64,000 nucleotides of DNA from Mobula hypostoma (GCF_963921235.1 NC_086097.1:150786001-150850000); one strand, 5' to 3'; positions 48,022 to 60,851 are shown, numbered from the stretch's first letter. The notes: generated by a model from the sequence alone, not told the origin. Numbers and translations are program-made.

Positions 48022-51000
48022 GAGTCGCAGGGCGTGCTGTTAGGTCCTGTGCGGGTCAGGTAGAGTCACAGTGCGTGCTGTCAGGTCCTGTGCGGGTCAG
48101 GTAGAGTCGCAGGGCGTGCTGTTAGGTCCTGTGCGGGTCAGGTAGTGTCGCAGTGCGTGCTGTCAGGTCCTGTGCGGGTCAGGTAGAGTCGCAGGGCGTG
48201 CTGTTAGGTCCTGTGCGGGTCAGGTAGAGTCGCAGGGCGTGCCGTCAGGTCCTGTGCGGGTCAGGTAGAGTCGCAGGGCGTGCTGTTAGGTCCTGTGCGG
48301 GTCAGGTAGAGTCGCAGGGCGTGCCGTCAGGTCCTGTGCGGGTCAGGTAGCGTCAGGTAGGTCGCAGGGCGTGCTGTAGGTCCTGAGCGGGTCAGGTAGA
48401 GTCGCAGGGCGTGCCGTCAGGTCCTGTGCGGGTCAGGTAGTGTCGCAGGGCGTGCTGTTAGGTCCTGAGCGGGTCAGGTAGAGTCGCAGGGCGTGCCGTC
48501 AGGTCCTGTGCGGGTCAGGTAGTGACGCAGGGCGTGCTGTTAGGTCCTGAGCGGGTCAGGTAGAGTCGCAGGGCGTGCCGTCAGGTCCTGTGCGGGTCAG
48601 GTAGTGTCGCAGGGCGTGCTGTTAGGTCCTGAGCGGGTCAGGTAGAGTCGCAGGGCGTGCCGTCAGGTCCTGTGCGGGTCAGGTAGTGTCGCAGGGCGTG
48701 CTGTTAGGTCCTGAGCGGGTCAGGTAGAGTCGCAGGGCGTGCCGTCAGGTCCTGTGCGGGTCAGGTAGTGTCGCAGGGCGTGCTGTTAGGTCCTGAGCGG
48801 GTCAGGTAGAGTCGCAGGGCGTGCCGTCAGGTCCTGTGCGGGTCAGGTAGTGTCGCAGGGCGTGCTGTTAGGTCCTGAGCGGGTCAGGTAGAGTCGCAGG
48901 GCGTGCCGTCAGGTCCTGTGCGGGTCAGGTAGTGTCGCAGGGCGTGCTGTTAGGTCCTGAGCGGGTCAGGTAGAGTCGCAGGGCGTGCCGTCAGGTCCTG
49001 TGCGGGTCAGGTAGTGTCGCAGGGCGTGCTGTTAGGTCCTGAGCGGGTCAGGTAGAGTCGCAGGGCGTGCCGTCAGGTCCTGTGCGGGTCAGGTAGTGTC
49101 GCAGGGCGTGCTGTTAGGTCCTGAGCGGGTCAGGTAGAGTCGCAGGGCGTGCCGTCAGGTCCTGTGCGGGTCAGGTAGTGTCGCAGGGCGTGCTGTTAGG
49201 TCCTGAGCGGGTCAGGTAGAGTCGCAGGGCGTGCCGTCAGGTCCTGTGCGGGTCAGGTAGTGTCGCAGGGCGTGCTGTTAGGTCCTGAGCGGGTCAGGTA
49301 GAGTCGCAGGGCGTGCCGTCAGGTCCTGTGCGGGTCAGGTAGTGTCGCAGGGCGTGCTGTTAGGTCCTGAGCGGGTCAGGTAGAGTCGCAGGGCGTGCCG
49401 TCAGGTCCTGTGCGGGTCAGGTAGTGTCGCAGGGCGTGCTGTTAGGTCCTGAGCGGGTCAGGTAGAGTCGCAGGGCGTGCCGTCAGGTCCTGTGCGGGTC
49501 AGGTAGTGTCGCAGGGCGTGCTGTTAGGTCCTGAGCGGGTCAGGTAGAGTCGCAGGGCGTGCCGTCAGGTCCTGTGCGGGTCAGGTAGTGTCGCAGGGCG
49601 TGCTGTTAGGTCCTGAGCGGGTCAGGTAGAGTCGCAGGGCGTGCCGTCAGGTCCTGTGCGGGTCAGGTAGTGTCGCAGGGCGTGCTGTTAGGTCCTGAGC
49701 GGGTCAGGTAGAGTCGCAGGGCGTGCCGTCAGGTCCTGTGCGGGTCAGGTAGTGTCGCAGGGCGTGCTGTTAGGTCCTGAGCGGGTCAGGTAGAGTCGCA
49801 GGGCGTGCCGTCAGGTCCTGTGCGGGTCAGGTAGTGTCGCAGGGGGCGTAGGCTGAGCGGGTTAGAGTCGCAGGGCGTGCCGTCAGGTCCTGTGCGGGTC
49901 AGGTAGTGTCGCAGGGCGTGCTGAGTCCTGAGCGGGTCAGGTAGAGTCGCAGGGCGTGCCGTCAGGTCCTGTGCGGGTCAGGTAGTGTCGCAGGGCGTGC
50001 TGTTAGGTCCTGAGCGGGTCAGGTAGAGTCGCAGGGCGTGCCGTCAGGTCCTGTGCGGGTCAGGTAGTGTCGCAGGGCGTGCTGTTAGGTCCTGAGCGGG
50101 TCAGGTAGAGTCGCAGGGCGTGCCGTCAGGTCCTGTGCGGGTCAGGTAGTGTCGCAGGGCGTGCTGTTAGGTCCTGAGCGGGTCAGGTAGAGTCGCAGGG
50201 CGTGCCGTCAGGTCCTGTGCGGGTCAGGTAGTGTCGCAGGGCGTGCTGTTAGGTCCTGAGCGGGTCAGGTAGAGTCGCAGGGCGTGCCGTCAGGTCCTGT
50301 GCGGGTCAGGTAGTGTCGCAGGGCGTGCTGTTAGGTCCTGAGCGGGTCAGGTAGAGTCGCAGGGCGTGCCGTCAGGTCCTGTGCGGGTCAGGTAGTGTCG
50401 CAGGGCGTGCTGTTAGGTCCTGAGCGGGTCAGGTAGAGTCGCAGGGCGTGCCGTCAGGTCCTGTGCGGGTCAGGTAGTGTCGCAGGGCGTGCTGTTAGGT
50501 CCTGAGCGGGTCAGGTAGAGTCGCAGGGCGTGCCGTCAGGTCCTGTGCGGGTCAGGTAGAGTCGCAGGGCGTGCTGTTAGGTCCTGAGCGGGTCAGGTAG
50601 AGTCGCAGGGCGTGCCGTCAGGTCCTGTGCGGGTCAGGTAGAGTCGCAGGGCGTGCCGTTAGGTCCTGAGCGGGTCAGGTAGAGTCGCAGGGCGTGCCGT
50701 CAGGTCCTGAGCGGGTCAGGTAGAGTCGCAGGGCGTGCCGTTAGGTCCTGTGCGGGTCAGGTAGTGTCGCAGGGCGTGCCGTCAGGTCCTGAGCGGGTCA
50801 GGTAGAGTCGCAGGGCGTGCCGTTAGGTCCTGTGCGGGTCAGGTAGTGTCGCAGGGCGTGCCGTCAGGTCCTGAGCGGGTCAGGTAGAGTCGCAGGGCGT
50901 GCCGTTAGGTCCTGTGCGGGTCAGGTAGTGTCGCAGGGCGTGCCGTCAGGTCCTGAGCGGGTCAGGTAGAGTCGCAGGGCGTGCCGTTAGGTCCTGTGCG

Positions 51001-54000
51001 GGTCAGGTAGTGTCGCAGGGCGTGCCGTCAGGTCCTGAGCGGGTCAGGTAGAGTCGCAGGGCGTGCCGTTAGGTCCTGTGCGGGTCAGGTAGTGTCGCAG
51101 GGCGTGCCGTCAGGTCCTGAGCGGGTCAGGTAGAGTCGCAGGGCGTGCCGTTAGGTCCTGTGCGGGTCAGGTAGTGTCGCAGGGCGTGCCGTCAGGTCCT
51201 GAGCGGGTCAGGTAGAGTCGCAGGGCGTGCCGTTAGGTCCTGTGCGGGTCAGGTAGTGTCGCAGGGCGTGCCGTCAGGTCCTGAGCGGGTCAGGTAGAGT
51301 CGCAGGGCGTGCCGTTAGGTCCTGTGCGGGTCAGGTAGTGTCGCAGGGCGTGCCGTCAGGTCCTGAGCGGGTCAGGTAGAGTCGCAGGGCGTGCCGTTAG
51401 GTCCTGTGCGGGTCAGGTAGTGTCGCAGGGCGTGCCGTCAGGTCCTGAGCGGGTCAGGTAGAGTCGCAGGGCGTGCCGTTAGGTCCTGTGCGGGTCAGGT
51501 AGTGTCGCAGGGCGTGCCGTCAGGTCCTGAGCGGGTCAGGTAGAGTCGCAGGGCGTGCCGTTAGGTCCTGTGCGGGTCAGGTAGTGTCGCAGGGCGTGCC
51601 GTCAGGTCCTGAGCGGGTCAGGTAGAGTCGCAGGGCGTGCCGTTAGGTCCTGTGCGGGTCAGGTAGTGTCGCAGGGCGTGCCGTCAGGTCCTGAGCGGGT
51701 CAGGTAGAGTCGCAGGGCGTGCCGTTAGGTCCTGTGCGGGTCAGGTAGTGTCGCAGGGCGTGCCGTCAGGTCCTGAGCGGGTCAGGTAGAGTCGCAGGGC
51801 GTGCCGTTAGGTCCTGTGCGGGTCAGGTAGTGTCGCAGGGCGTGCCGTCAGGTCCTGAGCGGGTCAGGTAGAGTCGCAGGGCGTGCCGTTAGGTCCTGTG
51901 CGGGTCAGGTAGTGTCGCAGGGCGTGCCGTCAGGTCCTGAGCGGGTCAGGTAGAGTCGCAGGGCGTGCCGTTAGGTCCTGTGCGGGTCAGGTAGTGTCGC
52001 AGGGCGTGCCGTCAGGTCCTGAGCGGGTCAGGTAGAGTCGCAGGGCGTGCCGTTAGGTCCTGTGCGGGTCAGGTAGTGTCGCAGGGCGTGCCGTCAGGTC
52101 CTGAGCGGGTCAGGTAGAGTCGCAGGGCGTGCCGTTAGGTCCTGTGCGGGTCAGGTAGTGTCGCAGGGCGTGCCGTCAGGTCCTGAGCGGGTCAGGTAGA
52201 GTCGCAGGGCGTGCCGTTAGGTCCTGTGCGGGTCAGGTAGTGTCGCAGGGCGTGCCGTCAGGTCCTGAGCGGGTCAGGTAGTGTCGCAGGGCGTGCCGTT
52301 AGGTCCTGTGCGGGTCAGGTAGTGTCGCAGGGCGTGCCGTCAGGTCCTGAGCGGGTCAGGTAGTGTCGCAGGGCGTGCCGTTAGGTCCTGTGCGGGTCAG
52401 GTAGTGTCGCAGGGCGTGCCGTCAGGTCCTGAGCGGGTCAGGTAGTGTCGCAGGGCGTGCCGTTAGGTCCTGTGCGGGTCAGGTAGTGTCGCAGGGCGTG
52501 CCGTCAGGTCCTGAGCGGGTCAGGTAGTGTCGCAGGGCGTGCCGTTAGGTCCTGTGCGGGTCAGGTAGTGTCGCAGGGCGTGCCGTCAGGTCCTGAGCGG
52601 GTCAGGTAGTGTCGCAGGGCGTGCCGTTAGGTCCTGTGCGGGTCAGGTAGTGTCGCAGGGCGTGCCGTCAGGTCCTGAGCGGGTCAGGTAGCGTCGCAGG
52701 GCGTGCCGTTAGGTCCTGTGCGGGTCAGGTAGCGTCGCAGGGCGTGCCGTCAGGTCCTGTGCGGGTCAGGTAGTGTCGCAGGGCGTGCCGTCAGGTCCTG
52801 TGCGGGTCAGGTAGCGTCGCAGGGCGTGCCGTCAGGTCCTGTGCGGGTCAGGTAGCGTCGCAGGGCGTGCCGTCAGGTCCTGTGCGGGTCAGGTAGCGTC
52901 GCAGGGCGTGCCGTCAGGTCCTGTGCGGGTCAGGTAGCGTCGCAGGGCGTGCCGTCAGGTCCTGTGCGGGTCAGGTAGCGTCGCAGGGCGTGCCGTCAGG
53001 TCCTGTGCGGGTCAGGCAGCGTCGCCGGGCGTGCCGTCAGGTCCGGTGCGGGTCAGGCAGCGTCGCCGGGCGTGCCGTGAGGTCCGGTGCGGGTCAGGCA
53101 GCGTCGCCGGGCGTGCCGTCAGGTCCGGTGCGGGTCAGGCAGAGTCGCCGGGCGTGCCGTGAGGTCCGGTGCGGGTCAGGCAGCGTCGCCGGGCGTGCCG
53201 TGAGGTCCGGTGCGGGTCAGGCAGAGTCGCCGGGCGTGCCGTGAGGTCCGGTGCGGGTCAGGCAGAGTCGCCGGGCGTGCCGTGAGGTCCGGTGCGGGTC
53301 AGGCAGAGTCGCCGGGCGTGCCGTGAGGTCCGGTGCGGGTCAGGCAGAGTCGCCGGGCGTGCTGCTAGGTCCTGAGCCCGTGGGTCAGGCAGTGTCGCCG
53401 GGCGTGCTGCTCGGTCCCGTGCGGGTCAGGCAGTGTCGCAGGGCGTGCTGCTAGGTCCTGAGCCCGCGGGTCAGGCAGTGTCGCCGGGCGTGCTGCTCGG
53501 TCCCGTGCGGTTCAGGCAGTGTCGCAGGGCGTGCTGCTAGGTCCTGAGCCCGCGGGTCAGGCAGTGTCGCCGGGCGTGCTGCTCGGTCCCGTGCGGGTCA
53601 GGCAGAGTCGCAGGGCGTGCTGCTAGGTCCTCAGCCCGCGGGTCAGGCAGTGTCGCCGGGCGTGCTGCTCGGTCCCGTGCGGGTCAGGCAGAGTCGCAGG
53701 GCGTGCTGCTAGGTCCTGAGCCCGCGGGTCAGGCAGTGTCGCCGGGCGTGCTGCTCGGTCCCGTGCGGGTCAGGCAGAGTCGCAGGGCGTGCTGCTAGGT
53801 CCTGAGCCCGCGGGTCAGGCAGTGTCGCCGGGCGTGCTGCTCGGTCCCGTGCGGGTCAGGCAGAGTCGCAGGGCGTGCTGCTAGGTCCTGAGCCCGCGGG
53901 TCAGGCAGTGTCGCCGGGCGTGCTGCTCGGTCCCGTGCGGGTCAGGCAGAGTCGCAGGGCGTGCTGCTAGGTCCTGTGCGGGTCAGGTAGAGTCGCAGGG

Positions 54001-57000
54001 CGTGCCGTCAGGTCCTGTGCGGGTCAGGTAGAGTCGCAGGGCGTGCTGTTAGGTCCTGAGCGGGTCAGGTAGTGTCGCAGGGCGTGCCGTCAGGTCCTGT
54101 GCGGGTCAGGTAGAGTCGCAGGGCGTGCCGTTAGGTCCTGAGCGGGTCAGGTAGTGTCGCAGGGCGTGCCGTCAGGTCCTGAGCGGGTCAGGTAGAGTCG
54201 CAGGGCGTGCCGTTAGGTCCTGTGCGGGTCAGGTAGTGTCGCAGGGCGTGCCGTCAGGTCCTGTGCGGGTCAGGTAGTGTCGCAGGGCGTGCCGTCAGGT
54301 CCTGAGCGGGTCAGGTAGTGTCGCAGGGCGTGCCGTCAGGTCCTGTGCGGGTCAGGTAGTGTCGCAGGGCGTGCCGTCAGGTCCTGAGCGGGTCAGGTAG
54401 TGTCGCAGGGCGTGCCGTCAGGTCCTGTGCGGGTCAGGTAGTGTCGCAGGGCGTGCCGTCAGTTCCTGAGCGGGTCAGGTAGTGTCGCAGGGCGTGCCGT
54501 CAGGTCCTGTGCGGGTCAGGTAGTGTCGCAGGGCGTGCCGTCAGGTCCTGTGCGGGTCAGGTAGCGTCGCAGGGCGTGCCGTCAGGTCCTGTGCGGGTCA
54601 GGTAGCGTCGCAGGGCGTGCCGTCAGGTCCTGTGCGGGTCAGGTAGCGTCGCCGGGCGTGCCGTCAGGTCCTGTGCGGGTCAGGTAGCGTCGCAGGGCGT
54701 GCCGTCAGGTCCTGTGCGGGTCAGGTAGCGTCGCCGGGCGTGCCGTCAGGTCCTGTGCGGGTCAGGTAGCGTCGCAGGGCGTGCCGTCAGGTCCTGTGCG
54801 GGTCAGGTAGCGTCGCCGGGCGTGCCGTCAGGTCCTGTGCGGGTCAGGTAGCGTCGCCGGGCGTGCCGTCAGGTCCTGTGCGGGTCAGGCAGCGTCGCCG
54901 GGCGTGCCGTCAGGTCCTGTGCGGGTCAGGCAGCGTCGCCGGGCGTGCCGTCAGGTCCGGTGCGGGTCAGGCAGCGTCGCCGGGCGTGCCGTCAGGTCCG
55001 GTGCGGGTCAGGCAGCGTCGCCGGGCGTGCCGTGAGGTCCGGTGCGGGTCAGGCAGCGTCGCCGGGCGTGCCGTGAGGTCCGGTGCGGGTCAGGCAGCGT
55101 CGCCGGGCGTGCCGTGAGGTCCGGTGCGGGTCAGGCAGCGTCGCCGGGCGTGCCGTGAGGTCCGGTGCGGGTCAGGCAGAGTCGCCGGGCGTGCCGTGAG
55201 GTCCGGTGCGGGTCAGGCAGAGTCGCCGGGCGTGCCGTGAGGTCCGGTGCGGGTCAGGCAGAGTCGCCGGGCGTGCCGTGAGGTCCGGTGCGGGTCAGGC
55301 AGTGTCGCAGGGCGTGCTGCTAGGTCCTGAGCCCGCGGGTCAGGCAGTGTCGCCGGGCGTGCTGCTCGGTCCCGTGCGGGTCAGGCAGAGTCGCAGGGCG
55401 TGCTGCTAGGTCCTGAGCCCGCGGGTCAGGCAGTGTCGCCGGGCGTGCTGCTCGGTCCCGTGCGGGTCAGGCAGAGTCGCAGGGCGTGCTGCTAGGTCCT
55501 GAGCCCGCGGGTCAGGCAGTGTCGCCGGGCGTGCTGCTCGGTCCCGTGCGGGTCAGGCAGAGTCGCAGGGCGTGCTGCTAGGTCCTGAGCCCGCGGGTCA
55601 GGCAGTGTCGCCGGGCGTGCTGCTCGGTCCCGTGCGGGTCAGGCAGAGTCGCAGGGCGTGCTGCTAGGTCCTGAGCCCGCGGGTCAGGCAGTGTCGCCGG
55701 GCGTGCTGCTCGGTCCCGTGCGGGTCAGGCAGAGTCGCAGGGCGTGCTGCTAGGTCCTGAGCCCGCGGGTCAGGCAGTGTCGCCGGGCGTGCTGCTCGGT
55801 CCCGTACGGGTCAGGCAGTGTCGCAGGGCGTGCCGCTAGGTCCTGTGCGGGTCAGGCAGTGTCGCAGGGCGTGCCGTCAGGTCCCGAGCGGGTCAGGCAG
55901 TGTCGCAGGGCGTGCCGCTAGGTCCTGTGCGGGTCAGGTAGCGTCGCCGGGCGTGCCGTCAGGTCCCGAGCGGGTCAGGCAGCGTCGCCGGGCGTGCCGT
56001 CAGGTCCTGTGCGGGTCAGGTAGCGTCGCCGGGCGTGCCGTCAGGTCCGGTGCGGGTCAGGCAGCGTCGCCGGGCGTGCCGTCAGGTCCTGAGCGGGTCA
56101 GGTAGAGTCGCCGGGCGTGCCGTCAGGTCCGGTGCGGGTCAGGCAGCGTCGCCGGGCGTGCCGTGAGGTCCGGTGCGGGTCAGGCAGAGTCGCCGGGCGT
56201 GCCGTGAGGTCCGGTGCGGGTCAGGTAGCGTCGCCGGGCGTGCCGTGAGGTCCGGTGCGGGTCAGGCAGAGTCGCCGGGCGTGCCGTGAGGTCCGGTGCG
56301 GGTCAGGCAGAGTCGCCGGGCGTGCCGTGACGTCCGGTGCGGGTCAGGCAGAGTCGCCGGGCGTGCCGTGAGGTCCGGTGCGGGTCAGGCAGTGTCGCCG
56401 GGCGTGCCGCTAGGTCCTGAGCCCGCGGTTCAGGCAGTGTCGCCGGGCGTGCCGCTTGGTCCGGTGCGGGTCAGGCAGTGTCGCCGGGCGTGCCGCTAGG
56501 TCCTGAGCCCGCGGGTCAGGCAGTGTCGCCGGGCGTGCCGCTCGGTCCGGTGCGGGTCAGGCAGTGTCGCCGGGCGTGCCGCTAGGTCCTGAGCCCGCGG
56601 GTCAGGCAGTGTCGCCGGGCGTGCCGCTCGGTCCGGTGCGGGTCAGGCAGAGTCGCAGGGCGTGCCGCTAGGTCCTGAGCCCGCGGGTCAGGCAGTGTCG
56701 CCGGGCGTGCCGCTCGGTCCGGTGCGGGTCAGGCAGAGTCGCAGGGCGTGCCGCTAGGTCCTGAGCCCGCGGGTCAGGCAGTGTCGCCGGGCGTGCCGCT
56801 CGGTCCGGTGCGGGTCAGGCAGAGTCGCAGGGCGTGCCGCTAGGTCCTGAGCCCGCGGGTCAGGCAGTGTCGCCGGGCGTGCCGCTCGGTCCCGTGCGGG
56901 TCAGGCAGAGTCGCAGGGCGTGCCGCTAGGTCCTGAGCCCGCGGGTCAGGCAGTGTCGCCGGGCGTGCCGCTCGGTCCCGTGCGGGTCAGGCAGAGTCGC

Positions 57001-58663
57001 AGGGCGTGCCGCTAGGTCCTGAGCCCGCGGGTCAGGCAGTGTCGCCGGGCGTGCCGCTCGGTCCCGTGCGGGTCAGGCAGAGTCGCAGGGCGTGCCGCTA
57101 GGTCCTGAGCCCGCGGGTCAGGCAGTGTCGCCGGGCGTGCCGCTCGGTCCCGTGCGGGTCAGGCAGAGTCGCAGGGCGTGCCGCTAGGTCCTGAGCCCGC
57201 GGGTCAGGCAGTGTCGCCGGGCGTGCCGCTCGGTCCCGTGCGGGTCAGGCAGAGTCGCAGGGCGTGCATTTAGGTCCTGGGTCCGGTGCGGGTCAGGTAG
57301 AGTCGCAGGGCGTGCTGCTAGGTCCGGTGCGGGTCAGGCAGTGTCGCAGGGCGTGCTGTTCGGTCCGGTGCGGGTCAGGCAGTGTCGCAGGGCGTGCTGT
57401 TCGGTCCGGTGCGGGTCAGGCAGTGTCGCAGGGCGTGCTGTTAGGTCCTGTGCGGGTCAGGTAGCGTCGCAGGGCGTGCTGTTAGATCCTGAGCGGGTCA
57501 GGTAGAGTCGCAGGGCGTGCTGTTAGGTCCTGAGCGGGTCAGGTAGCGTCGCAGGGCGTGCTGTTAGGTCCTGTGCGGGTCAGGTAGCGTCGCAGGGCGT
57601 GCTGTTAGGTCCTGTGCGGGTCAGGTAGCGTCGCAGGGCGTGCTGTTAGATCGTGTGCGGGCCAGGTAGCGTCGCAGGGCGTGCTGTTAGGTCCTGTGCG
57701 GGTCAGGTAGAGTCGCAGGGCGTGCTGTTAGGTCCTGTGCGGGCCAGGTAGCGTCGCAGGGCGTGCTGTTAGGTCCTGTGCGGGTCAGGTAGAGTCGCAG
57801 GGCGTGCTGTTAGATCCTGTGCGGGTCAGGTAGAGTCGCAGGGCGTGCTGTTATGTCCTGTGCGGGTCAGGTAGAGTCGCAGGGCGTGCTGTTAGATCCT
57901 GTGCGGGTCAGGTAGTGTCGCAGGGCGTGCTGTTAGATCCTGTGCGGGTCAGGTAGTGTCGCAGGGCGTGCTGTTAGATCCTGTGCGGGTCAGGTAGAGT
58001 CGCAGGGCGTGCTGTTAGGTCCTGTGCGGGTCAGGTAGAGTCGCAAGGCGTGCTGTTAGATCCTGTGCGGGTCAGGTAGTGTCGCAGGGCGTGCTGTTAG
58101 ATCCTGTGCGGGTCAGGTAGAGTCGCAGGGCGTGCTGTTAGGTCCTGTGCGGGTCAGGTAGAGTCGCAAGGCGTGCTGTTAGATCCTGTGCGGGTCAGGT
58201 AGAGTCGCAGGGCGTGCTGTTAGATCCTGAGCGGGTCAGGTAGAGTCGCAGGGCGTGCTGTTAGATCCTGAGCGGGTCAGGTAGTGTCGCAGGGCTTGCT
58301 GTTAGGTCCTGTGCGGGTCAGGTAGTGTCGCAGGGCGTGCTGTTATATCCTGTGCGGGTCAGGTAGTGTCGCAGGGCGTGCTGTTAGATCCTGTGCGGGT
58401 CAGGTAGAGTCGCAGGGCGTGCTGTTAGATCCTGTGCGGGTCAGGTAGAGTCGCAGGGCGTGCTGTTAGATCCTGAGCGGGTCAGGTAGTGTCGCAGGGC
58501 GTGCTGTTAGATGCTGTGCGGGTCAGGTAGAGTCGCAGGGCGTGCTGTTAGATCCTGTGCGGGTCAGGTAGAGTCGCAGGGCGTGCTGTTCGATCCTGTG
58601 CGGGTCAGGTAGAGTCGCAGGGCGTGCTGTTCGATCCTGTGCGGGTCAGGTAGAGTCGCAGGG
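47980..58663 (+). repeat. 41-bp CpG-rich satellite (~10.7 kb, roughly 255-260 units) with 82- and 86-bp higher-order repeats
   Basis: Monomer GTCGCAGGGCGTGCTGTTAGGTCCTGTGCGGGTCAGGTAGA (41 nt) in tandem, with ordered variants. A 45-nt variant contains CCTGAGCCCGCGGG. Confidence 0.97.
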
Positions 58664-59326
58664 TGTGTGTGTGTATGTGTGTATGTGGTGTGTGCGTGTG
58701 GCGTTTGCGTGGTGTGTGTGTGTATGTGTGTGGTGTTTTTGTGTGTGGAGTGTGTGTGTCTGTGAGTGTGTGATTGTGTGTGTGTGTGGGGTGTGTGTGT
58801 GGAGTGTGTGTGTGTGTGAGTGGTGTGTACGTGTGTGTGTGTGTGTGGTGTGTGTCTGTGTGTATGTGTGTGTGTGCGTGTGTGTGCGTGTGTGTGTGTG
58901 TGTGCATGTGTGGTGTTTTTGTGTGTGGAGTGTGTGTGTCTGTGAGTGTGTGTGTGTGTGTGTGTGTGGGATGTGTGTGTGGAGTGTGTGGTGTTTTTGT
59001 GTGTGGAGTGTGTGTGTCTGTGAGTGTGTGTGTGTGTGTGTGTGGGGTGTGTGTGTGGAGTGTGTGTGTGTGAGTAGCGTGTGCGTGTGTGTGTGTGGTG
59101 TGTGCCTGTGTGTATGTGTGTGTGTGTGTGTGTGCGTGTGTGTGTGTGTGTCTGTGAGTGTGTGTGTGTGTGTGTGGGGGGGGTGTGTGTGTGGAATGTG
59201 TGTGTGAGGTGTGTGTGGTATGTGAGGTGTGTGAGTGTGTGGTATGTGTGTGGAGTATGTGTGTGTGTGGCGTGTGTGTGTGTGCGTGTGTGTGTGTGGT
59301 GTGTGCGTGTGGTGTTTGCATGGTGT

Positions 59327-59372
<46 letters not shown>

Positions 59373-59511
59373 TGGAGTGTGTGTCCGTGTGTGTGGGGTG
59401 TGTGTGGTGTGTGAATGTGTGGTATGTGTGTGGAGTGTGTGTGTGCGTGTGGCGTTTGCGTGGTGTGTGTGTGTATGAGTGTGGTGTTTTTGTGTGTGGA
59501 GTGTGTGTGTC

Positions 59512-59553
<42 letters not shown>

Positions 59554-59895
59554 TGTGTGTGTGGGGTGTGTGTGGTGTGTGAGTGTGTGGTATGTGTGTG
59601 GAGTATGTGTGTGTGTGGTGTGTGAGTGTGTGTGTGTGTGTGTGTGGTGTGTGCGTGCGGCGTTTGCATGGTGTGTGTGTGTATGTGTGTGGTGTTTTTG
59701 TGTGTGGAGTGTGTGTGTGTGTGTGAGTGGTGTGTGTGTATGCGTGTGGGGGTGTGTGTGTGTGTGTGTGTGGGGTGTGTGTATGTGTGTGTGGTGTGCG
59801 TGTGTGTGTTGTGTGTGTGTGCGGGTGTGTGTGTGGAATGTGTGTGTCTGTGTGTGTGCGGTGTGTGTGGTGTGTGAGTGTGTGGTATGTGTGTG

Positions 59896-59933
<38 letters not shown>

Positions 59934-60044
59934 TGAGTGTGTGTGTGGTGTGTGCGTGTGGCGTTTGCGTGGTGTGTGTGTGTATGTGTGTGGAGTGTGT
60001 GTGTGTGAGTGGTTTGTGCGTGTGTGTGTGTGGTGTGTGTCTGT

Positions 60045-60097
<53 letters not shown>

Positions 60098-60851
60098 CGT
60101 GTGGGTGCGTGTGTGTGTGTATGTGTGTCTGGTGTGCATGTGCGTGTTGTGTCTGTGTGTGGTGTGCGTGTGTGTGTTGTTTGTGTGTGTGGTGTGTATG
60201 TGTGTGTGTGTGTGTGTGAGTGGTGTGTGTGTGTGTGTGGTGTGTGTTTGTGTGTATGTATGTGTGTGGAGTGTGAGTGTGTGTGTGTGGATGTGTGTGT
60301 CTGTGTGTGTGGGGTGTGTGTGGTGTGCGTGTGTGTGGTGTGTGCGTGGCATTTGTGTGGTGAGTGTGTGTGGAGTGTGTGTGTGTATGTGTGTGTGAGG
60401 GGTGTGTGTGTGTGTCTGTGTTTATGTGGGTGTGCGTGGTGTGTGTGTGTGGTATGTGTGTATGTATGTGTGTGAAGTGTGAGTGAGTGTGTGTGTGTGA
60501 GTGTGTATGTGTGCATGTGGGTGTGTGTGTGTGTGGGGGGTGTGTGTGTATGTGTGTGTGGTGTGCGTGTGTGTGGTGTGTGTGTGGCGTTTGTGTGGTG
60601 TGTGTGTGTGGAGTGTGTGCGTGTGTGTGCATGTGTGTGTGTGTCTGTGTGCGTGTGTGTGTGTGTGGTGTGTGTGGCGTTTGTGTGGTGTGTGTGTGTG
60701 GAGTGAGTGTGTGTGTGTGTGTGTGTGTGTGGAGTGTGTGTGTGTGTGGAGTGTGTGCGTGTGTGCGTGTGTGGACTGTTTGCGTGTGTGTGTGTGTGTG
60801 TGTGCGTGTGTGTGTGTGGTGTGTGTGGCATTTGTGTGGTGTGTGTGTGTG

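Noticed and set aside
48345..49930. Irregular satellite units at ~48350-48380 and ~49840-49930
   Set aside because: Clustered small indels in an otherwise perfect array may be assembly or consensus errors. They cannot be interpreted without reads.
52990..57464. Short ORFs within the satellite
   Set aside because: They arise where GGTAG>GGCAG variants remove stops. The 41-nt period shifts frame every unit.
47980..58663. CRISPR-like array of ~41-bp repeats
   Set aside because: Units are directly tandem with no unique spacers, there are no cas genes, and the context is eukaryotic.
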